Source of the DNA: an uncultured Barnesiella sp.
Lineage (GTDB): Bacteria; Bacteroidota; Bacteroidia; Bacteroidales; Barnesiellaceae_A
NCBI GenBank assembly: GCA_944321085.1
Contig: CALUJY010000005.1
Span: 120,570-184,569 of the forward strand
Length of the DNA stretch: 64,000 bases
Reading direction: 5' to 3'
Part shown: piece by piece, positions 38,705-49,404 of the stretch
Position numbering within the stretch: the first letter of the stretch is position 1
Layout of the letters: each line of letters opens with the position of its first letter
The notes under the pieces: model-generated
What the model saw: the letters and a program-made list of their open reading frames with translations, nothing else
Database searches by the model: none
What the model was told of the DNA's origin: nothing
Translations under genes and position numbers: made by a program

Positions 38705-40075
38705 ATGGCGAAAGTCAAAAGCATATATTGCTGTAATAATTGCGGGGCTGAAAGTCCCAAATGGATAGGCCGCTGCCCGGTGTGCGGCGAGTGGAATACT
38801 TATGTGGAGCAGGTGGTGGCTGCAAAGCCCACCCATACCCGCGATGGCTTGCAGCCGCCGACGGGCGCCAAGTCGAAACCGTTGCGTATCGACGAGATAG
38901 CGTCGGCCTCGGAACCCCGTGTAGATATGGGAGATGCCGAGTTGAACCGTGTCTTGGGCGGCGGTTTGGTGCGTGGTTCGTTGGTGCTGATAGGTGGCGA
39001 ACCGGGTATCGGCAAGTCGACGTTGATATTGCAGACGGTGCTGTCGCTGAACGATTGCAAGACCCTCTATGTAAGCGGCGAGGAGAGTGCGCGGCAACTG
39101 AAATTGCGGGCGGCACGCATCGGGGATGACAATCCCGATTGTTATATCGTGTGCGAGACGTCGCTCGAAAACATCATGACCCATGTGCAGAACGTGAAAC
39201 CCGACTTGCTGGTGGTAGACTCTATACAGACGATAGCTACCGAGACACTCGAATCGTCGGCCGGTTCGGTGGCGCAGGTGCGCGAGTGTGCTGCCGTTCT
39301 GTTACGATTTGCCAAAGAGAGCGGTACGCCGGTGTTGTTGGTAGGACACATCAATAAGGAGGGCAGCATAGCCGGTCCTAAGGTGTTGGAGCATATTGTC
39401 GACACGGTACTCCAATTCGAGGGCGACCGTCACTATATGTACCGCATCTTGCGTTCTATCAAGAATCGCTTCGGCAGTACGGCCGAGCTGGGTATCTATG
39501 AGATGCGTCAAAACGGGCTGCGACAGGTGAGCAATCCGTCGGAGCTGCTCCTCTCGCACGACCATGACGGGTTGAGCGGCGTAGCCATAGCCGTAGCCAT
39601 AGAGGGCATACGTCCTTTCCTTATAGAGACGCAGGCGTTGGTAAGCAGCGCCGCTTATGGTACACCGCAACGCTCGGCAACGGGATTCGACCTGCGGCGC
39701 ATGAATATGTTGTTGGCCGTGTTGGAGAAACGCGTAGGTTTCAAGTTGGGTCAGAAAGATGTATTCCTCAATATAGCCGGCGGTATCCGTGTCAACGACC
39801 CGGCCATGGACTTGGCCGTTATCAGTGCGGTGCTATCATCCAATATGGATATGAGTATCGAGCAAGGCACCTGTATGACGGGCGAGGTGGGGTTGTCGGG
39901 CGAGATACGTTCGGTCACGCGGATAGAACAGCGCATTACCGAGGCCGAGAAGTTGGGATTTTCTCGCATACTTATTCCCTCGCACAATGTGAGCGGTATG
40001 AATCTGTCGAAACTCTCGATAGAGGTGATAGAAGTACATAAAGTTGAAGAGGCTTTCCGCCTTCTTTTCGGTTAG
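38705..40075 (+). CDS. radA: DNA repair protein RadA/Sms
   Basis: C4 zinc finger, GEPGIGKST, KNRFG, GEVGLSGE. Confidence 0.97.
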   Translation: MAKVKSIYCCNNCGAESPKWIGRCPVCGEWNTYVEQVVAAKPTHTRDGLQPPTGAKSKPLRIDEIASASEPRVDMGDAELNRVLGGGLVRGSLVLIGGEPGIGKSTLILQTVLSLNDCKTLYVSGEESARQLKLRAARIGDDNPDCYIVCETSLENIMTHVQNVKPDLLVVDSIQTIATETLESSAGSVAQVRECAAVLLRFAKESGTPVLLVGHINKEGSIAGPKVLEHIVDTVLQFEGDRHYMYRILRSIKNRFGSTAELGIYEMRQNGLRQVSNPSELLLSHDHDGLSGVAIAVAIEGIRPFLIETQALVSSAAYGTPQRSATGFDLRRMNMLLAVLEKRVGFKLGQKDVFLNIAGGIRVNDPAMDLAVISAVLSSNMDMSIEQGTCMTGEVGLSGEIRSVTRIEQRITEAEKLGFSRILIPSHNVSGMNLSKLSIEVIEVHKVEEAFRLLFG

Positions 40076-40080
40076 ATGAT

Positions 40081-41643
40081 ATGATACAAGAACAACAACT
40101 CCGTTTGCTGCCGTGGCAGGCCGCTTCGGAACAGTCTATTATAGCTTACTTGAAGAGTACCGGGCTGCAAGGCGTGTGCGCTGTCCGTGTGCTGAAACGC
40201 TCCATCGATGCCCGTCGCAAGCCTGTGTACGTCAGTCTGTATGTGCGTATCTATATAGGAGAGCAACCCGCCGACGATGAGTATGCCACGATAACGTATG
40301 GCGATGTGTCGGCTGCCGCTCCGGTAGTGGTGGTAGGAGCCGGTCCTGCCGGTCTGTTTGCCGCTTTGCGGCTTATAGAAGCCGGCCTTAAACCCATTGT
40401 GGTAGAGCGCGGCAAGTCGGTGCATGAGCGCAGGCGCGATATTGCGCTTATCGGTAAAGAACAAAAGGTGAACCCCGAGTCGAACTATGGCTTCGGTGAG
40501 GGCGGCGCAGGAGCATTCTCCGATGGCAAGCTCTACACCCGCAGCAAAAAGCGGGGCAATGTCGAGCGCATTCTCGGTATCTTGTGCCAGCATGGTGCGT
40601 CGGTCTCTATTTTGTCCGATGCTCACCCCCATATAGGTACCGACAAGTTGCCTAAGGTGATAGAGAATATCCGCAACCGTATCATAGCCTCGGGAGGCGA
40701 AGTGCACTTCGGGACACGTATGACGGCCTTTCTGTTGCATGGCGACAGCGTGGCCGGTATCGTCACCGCCGACGGACGCACCTTCGCTGGACCGGTTATC
40801 TTGGCCACCGGGCACTCGGCACGCGATGTATATTACTACATGCACGATGCCGGTATAGGGCTCGAAGCGAAAGGTTTCGCCGCAGGCGTGCGCCTTGAAC
40901 ATCCCCAACAACTTATCGACGCTATACAGTATCACGACCCTCGCGGTAGGGGCGAATACCTGCCTGCTGCCGAGTATAGCTTTGTGACACAGGTAAGGGG
41001 CAGAGGGGTATATTCTTTCTGCATGTGTCCCGGTGGCTTCGTAGTTCCGGCGGCAACCGGCGAGCGGCAGATTGTAGTGAACGGAATGTCGCCCTCCAAC
41101 CGCGGGTCGCGTTGGGCAAACTCGGGGATGGTCGTTGAGATACGTCCCGAAGATTTACCCGGCGCCGATAAAAACGACGTTTTGGCGGGCATAAAATTTC
41201 AGGAAGAGCTCGAAGCGTTGTGCTATGTCAACGGTAATTGCAAGCAGACCGCTCCGGCACAGCGCATGACAGACTTCCTGTCGCATCATAATTCGGCTAC
41301 GTTGCCGGCTTCGTCGTATGCTCCCGGATTGATAGCTTCGCCGTTACACTTCTGGATGCCCTCTTTCATAGCTTCGCGTTTGCGCGATGGGTTGGAACAC
41401 TTCGGTAAAGTATCGCGCGGATTTCTTACTCGCGAAGCGGTACTGATAGGAGTAGAGACACGTACCTCATCGCCGGTACGCATACCGCGCGATGCCGTGC
41501 GATTGTCGCACGTATCGCTGCGTGGGCTTTTCCCTTGTGGCGAGGGTGCCGGGTATGCCGGCGGCATCGTGTCGGCAGCTATCGACGGAGAACGTTGTGC
41601 CGAGGCCGTTGCTGCACAATGGGAAGAGTTGAAGTCGTTGTAA
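40081..41643 (+). CDS. Uncharacterised FAD-dependent oxidoreductase (COG2509-like)
   Basis: VGAGPAGL, FGEGGAGAFSDGKL, PHIGTD, YSFCMCPGG, GEGAGYAGGIVSAA. Confidence 0.88.
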   Translation: MIQEQQLRLLPWQAASEQSIIAYLKSTGLQGVCAVRVLKRSIDARRKPVYVSLYVRIYIGEQPADDEYATITYGDVSAAAPVVVVGAGPAGLFAALRLIEAGLKPIVVERGKSVHERRRDIALIGKEQKVNPESNYGFGEGGAGAFSDGKLYTRSKKRGNVERILGILCQHGASVSILSDAHPHIGTDKLPKVIENIRNRIIASGGEVHFGTRMTAFLLHGDSVAGIVTADGRTFAGPVILATGHSARDVYYYMHDAGIGLEAKGFAAGVRLEHPQQLIDAIQYHDPRGRGEYLPAAEYSFVTQVRGRGVYSFCMCPGGFVVPAATGERQIVVNGMSPSNRGSRWANSGMVVEIRPEDLPGADKNDVLAGIKFQEELEALCYVNGNCKQTAPAQRMTDFLSHHNSATLPASSYAPGLIASPLHFWMPSFIASRLRDGLEHFGKVSRGFLTREAVLIGVETRTSSPVRIPRDAVRLSHVSLRGLFPCGEGAGYAGGIVSAAIDGERCAEAVAAQWEELKSL

Positions 41644-41674
41644 GCCACAGTCATGCCCGATAAGGGCCGATGTT

Positions 41675-42379
41675 ATGAAGCTCACATTTATATACAACAG
41701 CGGTTTTTTGCTCGAAACGGGTACCGCCAACATCCTTTTCGATTACTATCGGAAAGGTCATGACGTCATACGGCAGGTGCTGGCATCGCCGTTGCCCCTC
41801 TACGTGTTGGTATCGCACTCACATCCCGACCACTTCAATCCCGATTGCTTGGGCTGGAAGTCGAAGCACAAAGCCATACATTACATTTTTGCCGATGAGT
41901 TGCGCAGTGCAGCGGCGGGACGCGACAAAGAGGTCGTCTATTTGCCGATAGGGGGTGTATATAGCGATACGTTGTTGACGGTAGAGGCATTTGGCTCGAC
42001 CGACATAGGCTGTTCGTTTTATCTTACCATAGGCGATACAACGGTATTTCATGCCGGCGACCTCAATAATTGGCATTGGAGCGACGAATCGACACCCGAC
42101 GAGACGGAGCAGGCCGAGCGCGATTTCCTGTACCGGTTAGACCAACTTGCAGCCGCTCACAACACCGTGCACCTTGCCGTGTTCCCGGTCGATGCACGTA
42201 TAGGTAACGATTATGCCCGCGGGGCGCGTCAGTTTCTCGAAGCGATACATACCGATGTGTTTGTACCTATGCACTTTTGGAGCGCAGCCGATGCTGCTGC
42301 GGCTTTTGCTCCTGAGGCGCAGAAGACCGGGGCGCGATTTGTGATGTTGAGGCATACCGGCGAGTGGGTCGATGTGTGA
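41675..42379 (+). CDS. MBL-fold metallo-hydrolase
   Basis: SHSHPDH, FHAGDLNNWHW, PMHF. Confidence 0.88.
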   Translation: MKLTFIYNSGFLLETGTANILFDYYRKGHDVIRQVLASPLPLYVLVSHSHPDHFNPDCLGWKSKHKAIHYIFADELRSAAAGRDKEVVYLPIGGVYSDTLLTVEAFGSTDIGCSFYLTIGDTTVFHAGDLNNWHWSDESTPDETEQAERDFLYRLDQLAAAHNTVHLAVFPVDARIGNDYARGARQFLEAIHTDVFVPMHFWSAADAAAAFAPEAQKTGARFVMLRHTGEWVDV

Positions 42380-42404
42380 GTGGCCGCCCGTCGGGTAGGA
42401 GCGT

Positions 42405-43751
42405 TTAGTGCGGAGAGACAAACTTGTTGTGGCGCACCATCCATATATATACCGCTACACATATTATCACCGATAGCAGCGACCCTGCCGGCGATGCCAG
42501 ACCCATAGGGAATAGGGTCGTAGGATATAATGCCGACATGAAATACGAGAGCGGAATGCGGGCGCATACAATAGAGATGAAGTTGTGGCAGAAAGATATG
42601 ATAGAGTAGCCGCATGCGGTAAAGAAGCCGCTGAAACTGAAATGAATGCCTGCAAGAATACAATCCCATACATAGCCTTTAAGGTATTGGCCGCCTAAAA
42701 CTATCACTTGTGGGTCGTTGGTAAAAAGCCTTACGGCCTGTTCCGGTTCAAACTGTATGATGACGGATGCCACCGTGCCAAACAGCACCGTGATGTATAT
42801 GGCATATCGTAGTGTAGCCTGTGCTCGCTCTATTTTCTTGGCGCCTATGTTTTGAGCCGAGATGGTAGATACCGTTGACAGCATGGCCGATGGAATGATG
42901 AACAGCAATCCTATGAATTTCTCTACAATACCCACAGCTGCGGCGTCGTTCAGTCCGCGGCCGTTGGCAATGATGGTGATGGCGATAAAAGCTACTTGGA
43001 TAAAACCATCTTGCAATGCCACCGGCACGCCGATGTTGAGGATACCGCGCAATATATTTCGTTGCGGGCGCAAATCGTTACGGGTGATGCGTATCGACGA
43101 TTGGCGGCGTGTTATCACGATTATGGCTATAACTACGGCACATATTTGCGATACGGTAGTGGCAAGCGCAGCTCCGGTAGGACCCATGCCGAAGTACCCG
43201 ATGAAAACGAAATCGAGTATGATATTGACCACGCAGGCTATGATTACAAAATACATGGGCATTTTCGAGTCGCCCAGTCCGCGGAATATCGAGGCAATAA
43301 TGTTATAGGCTACGATAAACGGTACCCCCATAAAACAGATGAACAGGTAATCGCAAGTACCTTCTACGGCTTCGGTCGGAGTGTTTATCCATCGCACAAT
43401 ATCGCTTGTCAGGAGCAGCAACCCTATGGCAAGCACGATTGCAATGGTGAGAAACAACGTTATTGTATTGCCTATGGTACGTGCTGCTCCACGAGAATCG
43501 CCTGCGCCCACGGCACGAGCGGTGCGTACCGTAGAACCCATGGCAAGCCCTATGATAATTACGGTGAGCATGTGCATCACCTGTCCTCCGTTAGAGACAG
43601 CCGTAGTACTCTCTACGCCGCAATACATGCCTATGACAAAGAGATCGGCAAGCCCGTAGAGTATTTGTAGAAAATAAGATAGCATGTATGGCAGGGCAAA
43701 AGAGACGATATTGCCCAATATGCCGCCCCGTGTAAGGTCTTTGCTTTCCAT
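42405..43751 (-). CDS. MATE family efflux transporter
   Basis: DLTRGGILGNIVSFALP, FRGLGDSKMP, NIILD, GAALAT, QNIGA; about 12 TM segments. Confidence 0.93.
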   Translation of the reverse strand: MESKDLTRGGILGNIVSFALPYMLSYFLQILYGLADLFVIGMYCGVESTTAVSNGGQVMHMLTVIIIGLAMGSTVRTARAVGAGDSRGAARTIGNTITLFLTIAIVLAIGLLLLTSDIVRWINTPTEAVEGTCDYLFICFMGVPFIVAYNIIASIFRGLGDSKMPMYFVIIACVVNIILDFVFIGYFGMGPTGAALATTVSQICAVVIAIIVITRRQSSIRITRNDLRPQRNILRGILNIGVPVALQDGFIQVAFIAITIIANGRGLNDAAAVGIVEKFIGLLFIIPSAMLSTVSTISAQNIGAKKIERAQATLRYAIYITVLFGTVASVIIQFEPEQAVRLFTNDPQVIVLGGQYLKGYVWDCILAGIHFSFSGFFTACGYSIISFCHNFISIVCARIPLSYFMSALYPTTLFPMGLASPAGSLLSVIICVAVYIWMVRHNKFVSPH

Positions 43752-44245
43752 CTTTCTGTTTCTTGTGCAAAGATACGGAAAGGCGAGCGGAGAATAAAAT
43801 GTCTAAACTCGTTTTCAGATATTTTTTATCCCGAGCCGCATCCTGTCTTATCCAAAGATAGTGAAAGGTGAATGTAGAGACAAACGAAAACGAAGTTTCC
43901 AAATTCTACTTGGTAGAACTGCCTCTTATCGCATTATAAATACAAGCTGTGCGCAAAGACCGTTTAGGGTATCATGTCGAGTGTTTCCCCTCTGTTTTAT
44001 CGTGACATAGTGTCATTAAAACACTATTATGCAAAATATTCGGTCTGTTTTAGGTCTGTATTATCTAATTTGCATTATCTTTGTAAAAGGCATTGTTGCA
44101 TAGGGCAACCTCTTGGAAGATTTGCATCGGACGATGAGGCGTACCGTATGCCCTTGACCGGGAGAATCGCTGGTATGGCAACGGCATTTTGTGGCAGCCG
44201 CTGAGAAAAAATTTGGAGTATTAACTATCATTGTTTATCACGACC

Positions 44246-45730
44246 ATGAGAAAACATCAATTTATCGCATTAGTGAGTGTGGCAGTGCTATGTGTTATGC
44301 AGATGCAGGCTCAATCACAATCACAATCTTTCGACGAGTATAAGAAGAGAGCTACCGAGGCTTATAAGAGTTATGTAAAGGAGAAATTAACTGCCTTTGA
44401 AAATTATCGTGCCGAGCGTAACAAAGAGTTTGCCTCGTATTTGCAAAAGAAGTGGATGCGTTACGAGCAACAACCCGAGGTGGAGCCGCCCGTACGTCCC
44501 AAACCTGTTGTGCCCGAGCCCAAAGACGATGCAACCATACCGTCGCGTCTGCCGGTGCTCACGGTGAAACCTATCAAAAAGCCCGATGCTCCGGTCGATG
44601 TTACTGTCAAACCCGTTCCTCGTGACGTGAAACCTTCCGAGGCATTGCAGTTCGATTTTTATGGCACGCGTTGTCGCGTACGTTTTGCCAAGGATAAGGC
44701 TTTTGTCCTTAATGACATCAGCGAGCAATACGTAGCGCAGGTGTGGAACCAGCTTATTTCGCCGGACTATTCGACATTGCTCGACGATTGTATCGCTTAT
44801 CGTTCCGAGTTGCAATTATGCGACTGGGCGTATGTGAAATTTACCGAGCAAGTGGCTAAGGCTCTTTTCGGTACCGGAAAACCCAATGAAGCGGCTTTGT
44901 TGCAGGCCTTTTTGTTGATGCAGAGCGGTTATGATGCCAAGGTCGTACGATTCGGCAACGAGCGGTTGATGCCGGCTCTCTCGGCCGACAATCAGATTTA
45001 CGGCTATACCTTTTTCGTGAACGGCGGCCATCGTTACTATTTGTTGGAGAAGATAAAGGAGAAGCAACCTATTTATACCTACAATGAGATGTTCTACGAC
45101 AAGGCGCGTCCATGTGCTTTGGGAGTGCCTCATGAGCAGCAACTGCCTATCGTGCAGGCGGCAACCGTTACGCGTGTATCGTCGCACTATCCGGCAGCGC
45201 GTGTCGAGACGTGTGCCAATGATAATCTCATGGAATTTTACAACGATTTTCCCCACTGCGAATGGACGGTGTATGCTCGTACGCCTATGACGAGTCGCAT
45301 GCGTGACGATGTGCTCTCGCCTCTGCGTGCTGCTATCAAAGGGAAAGGCGAAGTAGAGGCTGCCAATATTTTGCTCGATTTCGTGCAGACAGGATTTCAA
45401 TACAAGACCGACGAGCAACAGTTCGGTTATGAGCGTCCGCTATTTGTCGATGAGGTTTTCTTCTATCCTTATTGCGATTGTGAAGACCGCGCTATTCTCT
45501 ACGTCTATTTAGTACACGAGTTGCTGGGTCTCGATGTGGCATTGCTCTACTATCCCATGCACCTTGCTGCGGCAGTTGCCTTCAATGAGTCGGTCGATGG
45601 CGACAGCATGATGATAAACGGGCGCAAATATATGGTGTGCGACCCCACTATTATCAGCGGTGCTTCGGTAGGCGAGGCCATGAAACAGTATAAGAATACC
45701 AAAGCTACCGTATATACCGTAGAGTACTGA
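44246..45730 (+). CDS. Exported protein with C-terminal transglutaminase-like Cys-His-Asp domain
   Basis: Signal peptide (..QMQA), coiled-coil and Pro-rich linker, YCDCEDRA, YPMHLAAAV, VCDPT; start trimmed to ATG 44246. Confidence 0.65.
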   Translation: MRKHQFIALVSVAVLCVMQMQAQSQSQSFDEYKKRATEAYKSYVKEKLTAFENYRAERNKEFASYLQKKWMRYEQQPEVEPPVRPKPVVPEPKDDATIPSRLPVLTVKPIKKPDAPVDVTVKPVPRDVKPSEALQFDFYGTRCRVRFAKDKAFVLNDISEQYVAQVWNQLISPDYSTLLDDCIAYRSELQLCDWAYVKFTEQVAKALFGTGKPNEAALLQAFLLMQSGYDAKVVRFGNERLMPALSADNQIYGYTFFVNGGHRYYLLEKIKEKQPIYTYNEMFYDKARPCALGVPHEQQLPIVQAATVTRVSSHYPAARVETCANDNLMEFYNDFPHCEWTVYARTPMTSRMRDDVLSPLRAAIKGKGEVEAANILLDFVQTGFQYKTDEQQFGYERPLFVDEVFFYPYCDCEDRAILYVYLVHELLGLDVALLYYPMHLAAAVAFNESVDGDSMMINGRKYMVCDPTIISGASVGEAMKQYKNTKATVYTVEY

Positions 45731-45731
45731 T

Positions 45732-46388
45732 TTATAGATGTACTTCGTTGAGGAAGGCTTGCACTTTCTCGAAGAAAAGCGATACGTGTTCTCCATCGAC
45801 AAAGGCATGGCTTACTGTCAGTGCGATGGGCATGTAGAGCTTTTCGCCTCGTGCGATGGCTTTGCCGGCATTCATCAGGGGGTAGTCCATAGAGTGCCCC
45901 GTAGCCATTTGTGTGTACGTTACGCCGGTGAAGTATAGTTTGGGTGTCGCGCTCAACAAGAATACATCGTAGTCGCCTGTTTCGGCAATACCTTTGTCGG
46001 TAGCATAGGGGTCGCCGTCGTGCGGAATATGGGTGATGATGTGCCGTGCTTCGCGATAGAACGATGCAAAATCTTCTTTATAAGGGATGCGAACGGTATA
46101 GAAAGTACGTCCCGGTACGGCAATAGGCGATATGACGTCGACAGTGTCGTGCCATACGACGTTACCATCTTTGTCCGTACGGTAACGCAACTCTTTTATT
46201 TCGTTTACGGCACGTGTCACGGCATATAGGTAATAGAGAAAGAAAGAGCTGTTGCTCTCTTTGGCACGGTGAAAAGCGTCGGTACACTCTACTTCGCTTG
46301 TGATGGCTATCCAAGAGTTGGCAAAGTTTTTGAAGTACAGGTAATTGTCGCGTCTTACCCAATTATCTATCTCTACGATGTGTTTCAT
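45732..46388 (-). CDS. CatA-like O-acetyltransferase (type A chloramphenicol acetyltransferase family)
   Basis: IDNWVRRDNYLYF, NEIKELRYR, LSATPKLYFT, GK..MPIALTVSHAFVDGEH; start trimmed. Confidence 0.85.
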   Translation of the reverse strand: MKHIVEIDNWVRRDNYLYFKNFANSWIAITSEVECTDAFHRAKESNSSFFLYYLYAVTRAVNEIKELRYRTDKDGNVVWHDTVDVISPIAVPGRTFYTVRIPYKEDFASFYREARHIITHIPHDGDPYATDKGIAETGDYDVFLLSATPKLYFTGVTYTQMATGHSMDYPLMNAGKAIARGEKLYMPIALTVSHAFVDGEHVSLFFEKVQAFLNEVHL

Positions 46389-46658
46389 AACGTTGTTTTT
46401 AACGGGTGCAAAAGTAGAAATTTTTATGCGAAAATAGAGGCCTCGTGCCACGATTGTATTTTACCGATGCCGCAAACCTGCGGAAGGCAGGTTTGCATAT
46501 AATGGGTTACAACCTCTGTTACAGTCTGTTGCTCATGTTGCTAAAAGCTGCCTGTGCAAGGCCTGTTTTTCGTGAATAGTTTTTATCTTTGCATGAAATG
46601 CCATGATAGGAGGCGAAAAGTAACGAATTTTAAGCAATTATTTAATAAACAGAGTATT

Positions 46659-48965
46659 ATGAAAAACGGCTATGTGATAGGATGTGCCATACTATTGGCA
46701 GGGTTGCAAGGATGCTATAAAGGGCCCGAGCCGGTGATGACCGTAGATAAAATGGGTATTGATGTTACCCCCGATGAGAATCGGGAGTATTCCTATACCG
46801 ACAAACGCAGCGGGTATTATTACGGACGTACGCATGAATCGCACTTCGAGGCATGGCATGCCGGTTGGAATGTAGCCCAAAGGCGTATCGTGAGCGACTA
46901 CGACCTCTATGTCGATGATGCTTTGTTGGCTCGCGACAGTGCCGCTGTTACGGTATATCCGCATTATCTCGAACGCCGTTTTCAACAAGCCGTCGAGCAA
47001 TTCTATATGGTCGACGACCGTGCTCTCTTGGCATTGACCTTGACCGATGTCAAAGGCGACAGCATAGCTATTGCCCTCGATACAGCCTTGTTGACTTCGC
47101 CCCGTTACGACGATGGTATTTTGTGGTATGTGCCTCGCGAGAGTCCCGACAGTCTCTTGGCCGTAACCTCCTACAAAGAGGCGCAAGGCAGTTTTGCGGC
47201 AGGACGTCTGCAATATCCTGTGGCTGCCAAAGGTTTCTTGTTGGCTTATGGCAGCGAGAAAGAGTGCCGCGACAATATAGCGGCTTTCCGCAAGGAGGGC
47301 TCATCGTGGTTGGATGCACGACGTACGCGCATGAATGGTATAGTAGCATATTCCAACCCCATGCAGAGCAATTCCGACTCGCTCGACAAAGCCATAGCAT
47401 GGCTTCTGCTTACGACCGACGAATTGGTGACTCGTCAGCAAGGGCGCGGCATATATGCCGGTCTGCCGTGGTTCAACGAGTATTGGGGACGCGATATGTT
47501 CATCTCTATGCCCGGTGCGACGCTTGTCATCGGCGAATTTGATGTGACGCGCGAAATATTGGCCGACTTTTCACGATTCCAAGATACGGCGAAGGCATCG
47601 CCTACACGCGGCCGCATTCCCAACCGCGCCAACATGGACGGAATTCTCTACAATACGGTCGACGGAACGCCTCGTTTCGTTATGCAGGTAGCCGATTACG
47701 TGCGCTACTCGGGCGATACGGCATTTATCCGCGAGATATATCCTGCCGTGGCGTTGAGCATACAAGCGTCGATAGACCAATTTATCGACAAAAACGGCTA
47801 TCTCTGCCATGCCGATGCCGATACATGGATGGATGTGGTAAGAGAGGGTATCCCCGGTTCGCCGCGCGGCAACCGTGCCAACGATATACAAGCCTTGTGG
47901 TACAATCAGCTGAAAGATGGCGCATATATGGCACGATATATGGGCGAGACTGACGATGCTGCCGCTTGGGAGAAACGCGCCGACGACCTTCGCCGCAAGT
48001 TCGCTTCCGATTTCTGCGATACGACGACATATTTCGTGTATGACCACCTCAATGCCGATGGCTCGAAAGATATGCAGGTGCGTCCCAACCAGCTCTATGC
48101 CTTTGAGATGATAGACGACACGGCATTCTGCATGCACGTGACACGTCGCGTGTGGGAAGAGTTGGTATATCCGTGGGGTGTAGGTTCGCTCAGTCAATAC
48201 GACGACAATTTCCATCCGCAACACGAAAATTGGCACTATTATCACAAAGATGATGCCTATCACAATGGTACAGTATGGTTGTGGAACAACGGCGAGGCTA
48301 TGCAACGCATGATACAGTTCGGTCAGCCCGATATTGCTTGGCAACTCTTCGATAACATGAACCGTCAGGCCTTGGTACAAGGTGCGATAGGCAGTCTCTC
48401 GGAAAATGCCGATGCACATCCTCGTGAAGGTGCCGATTGGGCAGGCCGTTCGGGAACCTTCTTGCAGGCGTGGAGCAATGCCGAGCAGTTGAGGGTGTGG
48501 TATCAGTATTTCCTCGGAATACGTCCCGACATGATAAATCGCACGATAACCATCAACCCGCAGATGCCATCGGCCGTCACTACGCTTACTTGGAGCGAAC
48601 GTATCGGTAAGGGTAGCCTGATAGGCGCTTACGAGCGTACCGACAAGGAGACGGCTTATGCTTATGTGCTGCGCGACGAGGATGCTGTGATACATCTGTG
48701 CATTCCGCTTTTTGCTCCCGTCGATGTGGAGTTGAAGCGCGGTGAAATGCTGTTGGCTACCGTAGAGGGCTCGCAGTTGACAGTGAAGGTGAGAGGAACC
48801 GATGGTAAAGATGTACTGAATGTAACCACAGAGCAAGATGAAGAGCTGGTACGTCGCCAACAAGAGTACGACCGTTTCTTCGAGGGAACGGCATTCTGCC
48901 AACCAGTGCATCGCGACAACCTCAAAGCATTTGACGAGTATCACGAAATACCTCTTACATATTAA
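46659..48965 (+). CDS. Amylo-alpha-1,6-glucosidase / glycogen-debranching-type glycosidase, lipoprotein
   Basis: Lipobox LQGC; AGLPWFNEYWGRDMFIS, YNTVDG, TWMD, YHNGTVW, QAWS; start trimmed to ATG 46659; -7 box at 46584. Confidence 0.82.
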   Translation: MKNGYVIGCAILLAGLQGCYKGPEPVMTVDKMGIDVTPDENREYSYTDKRSGYYYGRTHESHFEAWHAGWNVAQRRIVSDYDLYVDDALLARDSAAVTVYPHYLERRFQQAVEQFYMVDDRALLALTLTDVKGDSIAIALDTALLTSPRYDDGILWYVPRESPDSLLAVTSYKEAQGSFAAGRLQYPVAAKGFLLAYGSEKECRDNIAAFRKEGSSWLDARRTRMNGIVAYSNPMQSNSDSLDKAIAWLLLTTDELVTRQQGRGIYAGLPWFNEYWGRDMFISMPGATLVIGEFDVTREILADFSRFQDTAKASPTRGRIPNRANMDGILYNTVDGTPRFVMQVADYVRYSGDTAFIREIYPAVALSIQASIDQFIDKNGYLCHADADTWMDVVREGIPGSPRGNRANDIQALWYNQLKDGAYMARYMGETDDAAAWEKRADDLRRKFASDFCDTTTYFVYDHLNADGSKDMQVRPNQLYAFEMIDDTAFCMHVTRRVWEELVYPWGVGSLSQYDDNFHPQHENWHYYHKDDAYHNGTVWLWNNGEAMQRMIQFGQPDIAWQLFDNMNRQALVQGAIGSLSENADAHPREGADWAGRSGTFLQAWSNAEQLRVWYQYFLGIRPDMINRTITINPQMPSAVTTLTWSERIGKGSLIGAYERTDKETAYAYVLRDEDAVIHLCIPLFAPVDVELKRGEMLLATVEGSQLTVKVRGTDGKDVLNVTTEQDEELVRRQQEYDRFFEGTAFCQPVHRDNLKAFDEYHEIPLTY

Positions 48966-48979
48966 AGCGAACGGCACTG

Positions 48980-49357
48980 ATGAAAATAACAGGACATTTC
49001 GATCATTTCAACATTAATGTAACCGATTTAGACCGTAGCATCCGTTTCTATCGCGATGCGTTGGGACTGACGGAGTTGAAGCGAAAAGAAGCTGCCGACG
49101 GCTCTTTTATATTGGTATATCTGACCGATGGGTCGGGTTTCAGATTGGAGCTTACTTGGTTACGCGACCACTCTCAACCGTATGAATTAGGCGAAAACGA
49201 GTCGCATCTGTGCCTGCGTGTCGAGGGCGATTACGACGAAGCACACAGGTATCATCGTGAGATGGGATGCGTCTGTTATGAAAATGAGGCAATGGGGTTG
49301 TACTTCATACACGACCCCGATGATTATTGGATAGAGATATTGCCCATGAAACGATAA
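48980..49357 (+). CDS. Lactoylglutathione lyase / VOC family protein
   Basis: HFNINVTDLDRSIRFY..LG, LELTW, HL, FIHDPDDYWIEI. Confidence 0.88.
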   Translation: MKITGHFDHFNINVTDLDRSIRFYRDALGLTELKRKEAADGSFILVYLTDGSGFRLELTWLRDHSQPYELGENESHLCLRVEGDYDEAHRYHREMGCVCYENEAMGLYFIHDPDDYWIEILPMKR

Positions 49358-49404
49358 TCAACTGTTGCTAAAAAGTCGTATTGTTCTATCAGCTTGTTAT
49401 AACG

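Noticed and set aside
43901-43918. AATTCTACTTGGTAGAA, resembling the Cas12a repeat stem
   Set aside because: Single copy, with no spacers and no cas genes in the window.
44095-44200. Loose resemblance to the c-di-GMP-I riboswitch (AGGGCAACC...GGACG)
   Set aside because: It lacks the GCAAAC, GNRA loop and GCAAAG core in proper register. Kept only as a long leader.
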